A DNA stretch of 32,000 bases, from positions 1 to 32,000 of the forward strand of contig ACYB01000021.1 of the NCBI GenBank assembly GCA_000175855.1, in the 5' to 3' direction. Below are positions 9,362 through 18,106 of the stretch, piece by piece (the first letter of the stretch is position 1; every line of letters starts with the position of its first letter). The notes beneath the pieces were generated by a model. It was not told the DNA's origin, searched no databases, and saw nothing but the letters and a program-made list of their open reading frames with translations. A program made the position numbers and the translations under genes. This DNA is from Raphidiopsis brookii D9. GTDB taxonomy: Bacteria; Cyanobacteriota; Cyanobacteriia; Cyanobacteriales; Nostocaceae.

Positions 9362-9389
9362 TTGTCCACAAATTCTCTATTGGTATAAT
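9362..9389 (+). promoter_or_regulatory. Sigma70-type promoter candidate TTGTCC-N16-TATAAT with extended -10 (TGGTATAAT)
   Basis: Read directly: TTGTCC at 9362-9367 and TGGTATAAT at 9381-9389. It points into the 3' end of the minus-strand gene 9424..10548, with no plus-strand ORF downstream. Confidence 0.3.
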
Positions 9390-9423
9390 TTGCCATCTGC
9401 AGTTTTTAAAAACCGTCTCTCAG

Positions 9424-10548
9424 CTACAAATTACTCGAGATAGTCTTAAAGGTATCCGCCCCTCCCAAAGAATAATCCTCTAATTTAAAATCTGCAAATG
9501 GTTTTTTCTCTAGTCTGTCTCTCAAGGCCTCATCTAAAATAACTCCCTCATCTTGTTTCTTTACCCCAATAATAATAATGCTCCTTTGATATGCAGTTAA
9601 ATCTTGATTACTCTGACAATCTTTTCTTTGAAATTGTCCAAGATTTAATAGTCTATAGCCTTTAACACTCAAGCTATCACTAAAGATTTTTTTCACCAAT
9701 AACTGAATTTGCTTGGATCTTTCCAAAGCACGACTTTGTTCTGCTCTTATATCACCTTCACAGGAAGCTGTCCCTACGGAAATAATCTCACTGGGATCTT
9801 CCATAATTGTTTGTATCCCTTCCTCCTGTAATCGGGATTTTAAGGATTCAAGATTAATTATTTCATTATTATATTTAATCTGATAGGTACTACCCAACTG
9901 CCATTTATATTCTACCGATAAAACGGCTACATTGAATTCTGCTACTCTCCCTTGACTGTCTTGACCCTCTTCGTATGCAAAGTAGTCTACCTCACCTCTC
10001 TTAACCGGTAATTGTCCATAGTCAGAGGGAAAAACCACAAACCTATTATCTCTATTGGTAAATGCTACTAACCACAGCAAAAACAGTGAACAAAGTAAGG
10101 CCCAAAGTAATGCTAATAGTGGTAGTTTTGCCAATGACTTTTCCGGTTTGGTGTTTGCCTCTGTGACTATTTGTGTATTGAAGCCGCCCATGACATTTTT
10201 CTCCACAACCATACAGTGAAGGGTCATTCCTGTGCTGGTTTGGTGGGTAAAGTACTCTCGTGCCACATCATGAGATTTTAACTCACCTAGATTACTATTT
10301 TCTTTTTCAAATAATTCTCTAGCCTCGTCACCATTAGATACTTCTTGTTTCAGCACTTTAAGTATTTTTAGTCTGTCTTGTTGATAGACTTCATAAACTT
10401 TACTGAATTCAGTGTAATCACTTAATAAACGTACTACCCGATAAGTTCCGAATAATTCCAATTGGGAACCACAACTTTGACAAAAGTAGTTTTTATCATT
10501 ATCTGGATGATTTGGTTCGAGACAAACAGGGTTGATGCAAAGACTCAT
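9424..10548 (-). CDS. Membrane protein: 4-Cys zinc-ribbon prefix + degenerate Ser/Thr-kinase N-lobe (no catalytic lobe) + TM helix + uncharacterised C-terminal domain
   Basis: The N-terminus CINPVC...CQSCGSQL is the 4-Cys prefix seen on cyanobacterial Ser/Thr kinases. It is followed by kinase subdomain I-V remnants (YRVVRLL, ILKVLK, ARELFEKE, LHCMVVEKNVMG). No HRD, DFG or APE motifs are present. A hydrophobic helix LPLLALLWALLCSLFLLWLVAF precedes a domain of about 210 aa. Confidence 0.75.
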   Translation of the reverse strand: MSLCINPVCLEPNHPDNDKNYFCQSCGSQLELFGTYRVVRLLSDYTEFSKVYEVYQQDRLKILKVLKQEVSNGDEARELFEKENSNLGELKSHDVAREYFTHQTSTGMTLHCMVVEKNVMGGFNTQIVTEANTKPEKSLAKLPLLALLWALLCSLFLLWLVAFTNRDNRFVVFPSDYGQLPVKRGEVDYFAYEEGQDSQGRVAEFNVAVLSVEYKWQLGSTYQIKYNNEIINLESLKSRLQEEGIQTIMEDPSEIISVGTASCEGDIRAEQSRALERSKQIQLLVKKIFSDSLSVKGYRLLNLGQFQRKDCQSNQDLTAYQRSIIIIGVKKQDEGVILDEALRDRLEKKPFADFKLEDYSLGGADTFKTISSNL

Positions 10549-10577
10549 AAGTTAAATGAAAGTTAAAATAGAAGGAG

Positions 10578-11438
10578 CTATATTGCTTGTGCTAGAAATT
10601 CAGCTATACTAAGATTAAATTCTTCTGGGTTACTTAGAAACGGCCAATGGGTTCCTGGGATCTTTTTCCAGGTGAGGTTTTTGAGGTTGTCTTTATAAGG
10701 TTTGATTTGCCAATCTTGACGATTTACTCCTTTTTCAGGTTGAACAAATAAGGTGGGTGTTTCTACGGGGTGTATAAAACCAGCTACTTCTAATACTGCG
10801 TCAAAAATTCCGTCACGAGCAGCCACGGTAAATTTACTACCCCAGGTGCCATCCGGTTTTTGCTCTATTCCTCCTTGAAAAACTTGTTGTTGTAAATCAT
10901 TCCATTCTCGAAAGTGAACCAGTTTTTTGATTTTCTCCTCAGCTGCTTCATAACTGCTAAATGGACCCATGGTTTGCAATGATGGTAAAACATTATATAA
11001 CAAAGGAAAGATTAATTTAAGTACACTAGGCATCTTCCAAATAAAAATCGGGTCTACTAAGGTCATAGTTTTTAACCTGCCTGGATTTTGCCTAGCCCAA
11101 ATAGCTGCTAATTTACCTGTCCAAGAGTGACTAACTACATTAGCACTCAACCAACCAAGACTATTCATTAAGGCTTCCAAATCAGCGATCGCACTTGTAA
11201 AGGAATAATCTGTTTCCGGTTTACTGCTGTTACCATGGCCCCGCATATCGGGAGCTATAATATGGTAATTTGGAGACAGATAATCGCCCAAGCTTAACCA
11301 AACTAGGGCATTATCAGCCATCCCATGGAGTAGTAGTAGGGGTTGATGACCCTGATTCCATTCCAAATAGGAAATTTCCATATTGGGTGTTGACAGTGTT
11401 TTGCGCGCGTGACTCATATAAATTAGGCGAATATCCAA
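10578..11438 (-). CDS. Alpha/beta-fold hydrolase
   Basis: Oxyanion region LLLLHGMADNALVW, nucleophile elbow VVSHSWTG, and C-terminal GTHWPFLSNPEEF (catalytic His). The start may be one of the internal Met codons (M8 or M20). Confidence 0.88.
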   Translation of the reverse strand: MDIRLIYMSHARKTLSTPNMEISYLEWNQGHQPLLLLHGMADNALVWLSLGDYLSPNYHIIAPDMRGHGNSSKPETDYSFTSAIADLEALMNSLGWLSANVVSHSWTGKLAAIWARQNPGRLKTMTLVDPIFIWKMPSVLKLIFPLLYNVLPSLQTMGPFSSYEAAEEKIKKLVHFREWNDLQQQVFQGGIEQKPDGTWGSKFTVAARDGIFDAVLEVAGFIHPVETPTLFVQPEKGVNRQDWQIKPYKDNLKNLTWKKIPGTHWPFLSNPEEFNLSIAEFLAQAI

Positions 11439-11618
11439 ATGATCTGGCAGAAAATCACCTATTGCTCAGGAAAAGTGGTAGCATAAATTATATGACATAA
11501 CATTATGAATAGATGATACTCCAATTTTAACAACAACAACTCTAATAAGTTGAAGCCTTGGTTAGGAGAAAACCTTAACTTGTGTATTTGTTAACATTAG
11601 TTAACAAAAAATTATCGG

Positions 11619-13014
11619 ATGAAAGAGTTCAACACAGCAGGTATTTGCTTACCTAAAAAGCACTACATGTGCGACATAACCGCTAAATTCAATAGATGTC
11701 GCCACTTAATCGAAAGTGGTAAATATTTTGCCATTAACTTTCCAAGGCAATATGGAAAAACCACCATGCAGCATCTCTTGGAAAAAAGTTTTCAGGGGGT
11801 GGAAGAATATCTGGTGATCAGTACCAGTTTCGAGGGTATTGGCGACCTACCGTTCCAAAGCGAAGAGCAGATGGCATCGGTAGTTCCCGCAGTTTTGGCC
11901 AAAGGTTTATTCTTCAACAACCCAGAACTTGCTGACTGGCTTGAAGTTAAGTCCAAGCAAATCAATAGCTTCAAACAGCTTTCAAGATTTGTCAGCGATT
12001 GGGTTAGGGAATCAAAGTTAAAAGCTGGATCGGGATGAGGAACGTAAACTGAATAGCCCCTGGAACATTGCTGTGGACGTGGATATTGACTTCACCTTCA
12101 GTCAGGAGGAAATTGAGCCAATGCTCGCTGACTACGCAAGTGAGCATGGATTTCAAATGGACTGCCCTGTTTTGGCCCGGCTTCTATTTTATTATACCAG
12201 TGGCAATCCCTTCCTGGTTAGCAAGATGTGTCAGGTGATTGACGAGATGCACCAGAACCAGCGACCTTGGTCAGTTAGTGACATTGAGGATGCCTATAAG
12301 CATTTAGTGGATGTATCCTACTCAAACACCAATTTTAATGACGTGTACAAGAATATTGAAAATAATCCCGACTTTTCCCAGTTAGTTCGGGCAATAGCCA
12401 TTGATGGGGAGGATTTAGTCTTTGATCGGGGTAACCCCTTGATTGATCTGGGAGCAACCTATGGTATTATCAAGAGCAATTCAGTAGGTAGATGCGACAT
12501 CGCCAACAAAATCTACGAGTTCAGAATTATCAGCTATTTTATTTCTAAACGGGAAACTGCCCACCAGCATCTTGATAGATACCGAGATAGCGGCTTTATA
12601 AGCAACGGTAAGCTTCAGATCAGCTTGATTTTGGAGAGGTTCCAGTGGTTTATGCGGGAGCATCATTCCTCTCGGGACAACGATTTTCTAGAAAAGAACG
12701 GACGTATGTTACTCATGTCCTTCTTCCGTCGGATTATCAACGGTAATGGATACATGTTCAAGGAGAATGTGGTTGCGGAAAACCGTAGGATGGATTTGGT
12801 TGTCACTTACAAAAACCAGCGCTACGTGATTGAACTGAAAATTTGGTACGGTGAGAAGCGTCTTCAGGATGGGATTGAGCAGCTTTGCAGCTACCTAGAC
12901 TCCTATGGACTAAATGAGGGACATATACTCATTTTTAACTTCAACAGTAACAAAACCTACGATATACGGGAGATTAATCACCAGGGGAAACACCTCACTG
13001 CCTTCTTCGTGTAG
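11619..13014 (+). pseudogene. Disrupted AAA-ATPase-like / PD-(D/E)XK nuclease family gene (frame break and probable internal deletion near 12022-12038)
   Basis: ORF 1 (11619-12038) has the Walker A-like PRQYGKTT and ends in TGA. A second frame opens at 12022 and reads KLDRDEERKLNSPWNIAVDVDIDFTF. It continues to a C-terminal restriction-endonuclease-like motif (RMDLVVTYKNQRYVIELKIW). No Walker B (hhhhDE) segment lies between the two parts. Confidence 0.65.
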
Positions 13015-13087
13015 CAGCAAAGAAGTTAGGTTGGGTTGAGGAACGAAAATCAACATCATCTGTTTAATTAATTATTAATTGATTATA

Positions 13088-14602
13088 ATGAAGAAAAAGC
13101 AAAAAAAATTTAAGCATACTGGCAGACATATCGCTGCTTATATAATACTAATAATTGCCATTATCAGTATTAATACTCTTATTAAACCATCGATTGTAGT
13201 AGGGCAAACACCCACATTAAATGCTAAGGAGGAAGTAAATCACACTTGTGCATCTCAAATACCATCTTCCATAGAGAAGATAATAAAATCTCCTACGTTT
13301 GAAAGAATGAGGTGGGGAATTTTGATTAAAAACCTATCATCTGACCAAATTATTTACAGTCGGGATGCCCAAAAGTATTTTATTCCTGCATCTACTACCA
13401 AAATATTAACTACAGCAGCAGCATGGCAAAAACTGGGCAAAGACTTTCGCATTCGTACCTCAATTTATCAAGGAGATGAAGGTAGTTTTTATTTAGTTGG
13501 TAGGGGAGATCCCAGTTTTAATAATGTCCAATTAACCGCCCTAGCCCAGAAATTGCAGCAACGGGGAATTCGGTCAATTAACAAGCTAATTGTGGATAAT
13601 AGTTACTTTCAAGGAGAATACATTGATTCCAGCTGGCAATGGGAAGATATACAAGCCGATTATGGTGCCCCAGTCAATAGTTTAATGGTGAATGAAAATA
13701 CTGGAATTTTGACTTTATCTCCCAACAAGATAGGGGAAAAATTAAACATTACTTGGTCTAATAATATAGAACTATATGGTAGAATAGAAAATAATTCTAT
13801 CACCGTTGCTGAAAATGAACCGAGATTTGTCCAAGTCACCAGAGATCTAAAAGGTCAAATATTAAAGATTGATGGCAAACTGCCTATTAATTCCCCTTCT
13901 CAAACCATAGGGTTATCAGTTATTGACCCTATAGATAACTTCTTAAAAAATTTGCGGTTTACCTGGGCAAAAGTAGGGATAACCGTTAAGGAAATTCAAC
14001 CTGTTTTTGAATACCAACACTATAAAATAGCTGAACAAAAACCAGAAATAGCCGTTGTTGAATCCCTTGTCTTGCCAGATTTAGTCAAAGAAGCAAATAT
14101 GAATAGTAATAATCTGTACGCTGAAGCTCTACTCAGACATTTGAGTAATAGCGAACCAACTAATAAATATGAAACCACTGTAAACCAAGGCTTAAAAATA
14201 CTAAAAACTACCCTGGGTGAATGGGGAATAGAACCTAATACTTATATGATTGTGGATGGTTCTGGACTGTCTCGCAAGAACCTAATTAGTCCAGAAGCAT
14301 TGGTAGAAACATTACAGGTGATGGCAAAATCACCTGATGGCAATCTGTTTCGTGCATCCCTAGCTACCGGTGGTATGACTGGTACCCTAAAAAATCGGTT
14401 TTTAAAAACACCTGCTTGGGGAATAGTTCAAGGAAAAACAGGTTCCATGACTGGTGTAATTTCTCTGTCTGGATATATTAATGTTCCTGACTATGATGAT
14501 TTAGTGTTTAGCATGATAGTTAATCAATCACAACAGCCATCAGCAGTCAGAAAAGCAATGGATGAAATCATCATTTTACTGGCAAAATTGCACAAATGTT
14601 AG
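13088..14602 (+). CDS. dacB: D-alanyl-D-alanine carboxypeptidase/endopeptidase, PBP4 (peptidase S13) family
   Basis: Signal-anchor N-terminus, with SxxK (PASTTKILT), SxN (MNSNNLYAE) and KTG (QGKTGSM) motifs in PBP4 order. The ORF track opens at TTG 13079; ATG 13088 is the more likely start. Confidence 0.9.
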   Translation: MKKKQKKFKHTGRHIAAYIILIIAIISINTLIKPSIVVGQTPTLNAKEEVNHTCASQIPSSIEKIIKSPTFERMRWGILIKNLSSDQIIYSRDAQKYFIPASTTKILTTAAAWQKLGKDFRIRTSIYQGDEGSFYLVGRGDPSFNNVQLTALAQKLQQRGIRSINKLIVDNSYFQGEYIDSSWQWEDIQADYGAPVNSLMVNENTGILTLSPNKIGEKLNITWSNNIELYGRIENNSITVAENEPRFVQVTRDLKGQILKIDGKLPINSPSQTIGLSVIDPIDNFLKNLRFTWAKVGITVKEIQPVFEYQHYKIAEQKPEIAVVESLVLPDLVKEANMNSNNLYAEALLRHLSNSEPTNKYETTVNQGLKILKTTLGEWGIEPNTYMIVDGSGLSRKNLISPEALVETLQVMAKSPDGNLFRASLATGGMTGTLKNRFLKTPAWGIVQGKTGSMTGVISLSGYINVPDYDDLVFSMIVNQSQQPSAVRKAMDEIIILLAKLHKC

Positions 14603-14627
14603 TTGACACCGCCACCAATCCCAGATA

Positions 14628-15305
14628 CTAATACTCAATTCCCGGTTGAGCTTTAACTCCTTGATCCTTAAAAGGGTGTTTAATCAAAGTCATTTCCGTA
14701 ACTAAATCCGCTTTTTCAATTAAAGCTGGTGGAGCACCCCGACCAGTTAAAATCACGTGCTTATCAGGGGGTTTTTCAGCTAAACCTGCTAAAACCTGAT
14801 CCACTTTTAAATAACCAAGTTTTAGGGCAATATTAATTTCATCTAACAAAACCAAGTGAAACTCGCGATGGCGAATAAACTCTAAGGACTTTTCCCAAGC
14901 AACATTAGCCTTATCTAAGTCCCTGTCCCGGTCTTGGGTTTCCCAGGTAAAACCCTCACCCATGGCATGAAATTCCAGTTGATCCGACCAGGAGCTAAAA
15001 ACCCGCTTTTCTGATGGTTCCCAAGCACCTTTAATAAATTGCACAATTGCCACTTTATATCCATGTCCCAGTGCCCTTACTACCATCCCCAAAGCAGCAG
15101 TGGTTTTCCCCTTGCCATGACCAGTATTAACTATAATTAACCCCTTTTGAGGAATGGCATCCGCTATACGTTGATCTTGTATCTGTTTACGGCGCTGCAT
15201 TTTTTGACGATACTGCTCATCGCTTAAAGATGATGATATGACCTCATCAATCAACCTGCTAATTTCTTGATCCCCACCCAACTGATCCGATGTGTTTCTA
15301 CTCAT
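14628..15305 (-). CDS. cobO: Cob(I)yrinic acid a,c-diamide adenosyltransferase
   Basis: P-loop NTGHGKGKTTAALG plus the conserved blocks VAIVQFIKG, HAMGEGFTW, LVLLDEI and VILTGRGAPP, which are typical of CobO/BtuR-type adenosyltransferases. Confidence 0.92.
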   Translation of the reverse strand: MSRNTSDQLGGDQEISRLIDEVISSSLSDEQYRQKMQRRKQIQDQRIADAIPQKGLIIVNTGHGKGKTTAALGMVVRALGHGYKVAIVQFIKGAWEPSEKRVFSSWSDQLEFHAMGEGFTWETQDRDRDLDKANVAWEKSLEFIRHREFHLVLLDEINIALKLGYLKVDQVLAGLAEKPPDKHVILTGRGAPPALIEKADLVTEMTLIKHPFKDQGVKAQPGIEY

Positions 15306-15483
15306 CCGTGTATCTTTATCCCATAAGAACTGGAAAAAATTAAGGTTCTAAAGATCTGCTATATAAAACCTAGACAAAACTAGACTTTACTTTCTACTTC
15401 AACGGGAGCGAGCGTTTATCCCTCAGTAGACTTGCACGCCTTAGCCAGACGCGATAACATGATTGCTCTCCTGCTCCCCAAGA

Positions 15484-15837
15484 TTAAACAATTAATCGCA
15501 TAAAGTAGTTAATCAATGTAGAAGCAATTGACAAAACAATTGATCCTAAAAAAGCAGGTACAAAACCATCAATCCGAAAACCATAAGTAGCAGCTATCTT
15601 ACTAGCTAACAAAAGACATAAAGCATTAACAACAAAACTGAATAGTCCAAAAGTGATAAAAGTAACTGGGAATGCCAGAATATTCAAAATTGGACGAACA
15701 ATAGCATTGACAAGTGCGATAATGACCGCTGCGATTAGCGCAGCTACCGGACTAGTAATCGTAAAGCCAGAAACAAATTTAGATGTGACTAACAGTGCCA
15801 ATGCTGTGCCGATCCAAGTTAGTAAAAGGTGTTTCAT
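15484..15837 (-). CDS. Phage-holin-superfamily-IV-like membrane protein (DUF360)
   Basis: 117 aa that is almost entirely hydrophobic, with about four predicted TM helices. The pattern LVNAIVRPIL...PVTFITFGLF is typical of the DUF360 / holin_4_2 family. Confidence 0.8.
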   Translation of the reverse strand: MKHLLLTWIGTALALLVTSKFVSGFTITSPVAALIAAVIIALVNAIVRPILNILAFPVTFITFGLFSFVVNALCLLLASKIAATYGFRIDGFVPAFLGSIVLSIASTLINYFMRLIV

Positions 15838-15889
15838 GCTAGTTATGGGTTGATTAGCGATCGCAACTGACCCAATTCTACACTAAAAA

Positions 15890-16753
15890 TCAAGGTAGTC
15901 TAGGTAGTCGTTGGATAAAAACTTCCCAAGTCTGTGCACCTGCTACACCATCTGCAGTTAAACCATAACGGAGTTGAGCTGCTTTAACTGCTCTCTCCAG
16001 AGTGAGACTAAATTTACCATCTAGGGGGGAAGAAAAAAATCCTAGAGATCTGAGCAATCTTTGTAATTTTGTCACTTCTGCACCAGTATTGCCCAAACGC
16101 AAAATGGGCCACCCAGATTGGGTATACTGGATTTTAGGATTTCGCTGATTAACAGGAGTAGGTTTAAAAACCATGATTGGTTGGGTAGGTGGCTTAGTAA
16201 CAACTTGTCGAGGCTGAGTAGTTTTCCCTGTTATATTGTTGTTACTGTTACCTTCTCTACCATTTCTTGTGGTAGGTTGTCTATTCTCAGGTTTATTACG
16301 GGGGGTACTGCTGATAGCAGGTGGTGGTGCGGTAGTGGTGGCAATATTTGGCACACTAGGAAAAAGTTTCTGCCAGGTTATGGTATCCACAATACCATCA
16401 GGAGCAAGACCAACTACTTGCTTGAACTGAGAAACTGCTTTGGCTGTGGAGTCTCGATAAACCCCATCCACAGGTCCCGAATAGAAACCCAAAAGTGCCA
16501 GTGTGGCTTGCAATTCTGATACTGATTCGCCTTGACTACCAATTTTTAGTATGGGACGGTTGATACTGCCAACACCAGTTACCTGGGCAATTTCCGTACC
16601 TTGGGGAGGGGTAATCCGGGGAATTGGACTGTATGCCATGGACAGCATGTTGCCACCCATGGCACTGAGAGGAGTTATAATCAGTAATGTCCAGTAGTGA
16701 ACCTTGCTGATGTGCCCGATCCAATTAGTCGAGTTGCTCAAATTATGTCGCAT
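15890..16753 (-). CDS. Peptidoglycan-binding protein with two PG_binding_1 repeats and a Pro/Thr/Asn-rich linker
   Basis: Two copies of the G-x-V-x-x-LQ...LG(F)...DG...T..AV..FQ/AQ...GL..DG..G..TW pattern, at residues ~70-130 and ~215-280. There is an N-terminal hydrophobic anchor. No catalytic domain is recognisable. Confidence 0.85.
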   Translation of the reverse strand: MRHNLSNSTNWIGHISKVHYWTLLIITPLSAMGGNMLSMAYSPIPRITPPQGTEIAQVTGVGSINRPILKIGSQGESVSELQATLALLGFYSGPVDGVYRDSTAKAVSQFKQVVGLAPDGIVDTITWQKLFPSVPNIATTTAPPPAISSTPRNKPENRQPTTRNGREGNSNNNITGKTTQPRQVVTKPPTQPIMVFKPTPVNQRNPKIQYTQSGWPILRLGNTGAEVTKLQRLLRSLGFFSSPLDGKFSLTLERAVKAAQLRYGLTADGVAGAQTWEVFIQRLPRLP

Positions 16754-16813
16754 ACAAAGGATTTAGCTCAAGAATTTGACATCTCAATTTTATCTCATGC
16801 GGTAGTTAGTTCA

Positions 16814-18097
16814 CTACTTTGAGGTAATCGCTTCCCCAGGGCCAACCAAAGATAAGTAGGGTGTTTTTAAATAACTATTGGCTACTGTCATAGCTAATTC
16901 AGGACTGACCTGATTGATTAACTGAGGAAACTCATGGTCGAATTCAATACCTAATCCTAAAATTTCATACCACCCATATATGTGGGCAATTTGTCCATTG
17001 GTTTGTTTCCCTAAGGCGTAGTGTCCTAAGATTTTATTTTTCGCGGTTTGTAATTCTTCCGGGGAAAGTTCAATCTGAGAAAGTCTTTCTACTTCCTTAC
17101 CCAACTCTTTGATTGCCCTGCTAGTATTCTCCGGTGCAGTACCCATATACACTATAAATGATGCTGGATATGGTTTAGTAGAATAAATGGCTGAGATTTC
17201 GTAGGCTAAACCTCTTTTTTCTCGCAATTCTACAAATAGACGGCTAGAAAGTCCATTTCCTAGGTATGTGGATAATAATTTGAGGACAGGGTATGCGGGA
17301 GAATTTATGGAACTCCCCATATAACCCAGCATAATTATTGACTGCTGTGTATTTAAGGGTTGAAGACAAGATTTGGGAGCAATGGAAATTTTGGGTAAAT
17401 CAAGTACATGTCTTGCTGTGTTTGGTAGTGGCCAATCGCCAAAAACTTCTGTGACCACTTCTATAGCAGTTTTAGCTGTTATCCTCCCAGCAATACTGAT
17501 AACTATATTGTCTGGACGAAAATGGTTTTGATGAAATTCAACCAAGTCTTTATAGTTAATGCTATGAATACTTGCTTCTGTACCTAGCAGTGACCTAGCA
17601 TAGGGATGATTTTGGTACATTGCTTCGCGGATCTGTTGAAAAGCTAGATTAAAGGGTTGTTCTTTTTGAGAACGAACATCCTGTATTGCTAATCGCTTTT
17701 CCAGTTCTATTTGTTTTTCAGGAAATGTGGGCGATTTCAACAATAAACCTGACAGAGCTAAAATTTCTGCAAAATCAGCACTGACTGTTTTTAAAGAGAG
17801 CAAAAAGTAATCTGTACTTGCATTTATGCTTAAATTTGCACCTACGGATTCAACTTTTTCAGCAATTTCTAGACTGGAAAAACCATCACAACCTTTGGTC
17901 ATGACTGCTGATAATAAATTTGCCAACCCTGCTTTTTCTGGATTTTCATGACAGCTACCAGCACGAACAAAAATTTTGGCTGCTATAATATCCGCTATGG
18001 GGTTTTCAGCTATCAATAACACTATGCCATTTCCTAGTGTTGTGCGATGGATGGAAAATTTACACTCATCTATATCGTTATTGTTTCTGTTCTGCAT
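16814..18097 (-). CDS. M16 (pitrilysin) family peptidase subunit, non-catalytic type (no HxxEH)
   Basis: 427 aa with the M16 fold pattern (GSCHENPEKAGLANLLSAVMTKG where the zinc motif would sit; later LREKRGLAYEI). It lies 9 nt downstream of the HxxEH-bearing paralogue. Confidence 0.9.
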   Translation of the reverse strand: MQNRNNNDIDECKFSIHRTTLGNGIVLLIAENPIADIIAAKIFVRAGSCHENPEKAGLANLLSAVMTKGCDGFSSLEIAEKVESVGANLSINASTDYFLLSLKTVSADFAEILALSGLLLKSPTFPEKQIELEKRLAIQDVRSQKEQPFNLAFQQIREAMYQNHPYARSLLGTEASIHSINYKDLVEFHQNHFRPDNIVISIAGRITAKTAIEVVTEVFGDWPLPNTARHVLDLPKISIAPKSCLQPLNTQQSIIMLGYMGSSINSPAYPVLKLLSTYLGNGLSSRLFVELREKRGLAYEISAIYSTKPYPASFIVYMGTAPENTSRAIKELGKEVERLSQIELSPEELQTAKNKILGHYALGKQTNGQIAHIYGWYEILGLGIEFDHEFPQLINQVSPELAMTVANSYLKTPYLSLVGPGEAITSK

Positions 18098-18106
18098 TCT
18101 TACTAG

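Noticed and set aside
12022-12038. Programmed ribosomal frameshift joining the two ATPase/nuclease ORFs.
   Set aside because: There is no slippery heptamer or downstream structure. The expected Walker B segment is missing altogether, which fits a deletion or pseudogene better than recoding.
13026-13055. Hairpin-like GTTGGGTT...AAATCAAC after the ATPase/nuclease pseudogene. It is reminiscent of small GTTGGGTT/AACCCAAC hairpin repeats seen in Nostocales genomes.
   Set aside because: The stem has a mismatch and a wobble within 8 bp, and only one copy is in the window. I cannot verify membership of a repeat family without a genome-wide search.
15306-15483. Possible cobalamin riboswitch in the 178-nt region upstream of cobO (minus strand).
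   Set aside because: I read the reverse complement and found no B12-box-like element (AGYCMGGAGACCKGCC type) and none of the conserved GGTGC/GCCACTG-type blocks. Only short, weak stems are present.
16118-16519. Plus-strand ORFs (133 aa and 64 aa) antisense to the peptidoglycan-binding protein gene.
   Set aside because: They lie opposite the Pro/Thr/Asn-rich linker, where low-complexity coding keeps the antisense frames open. There is no independent support.
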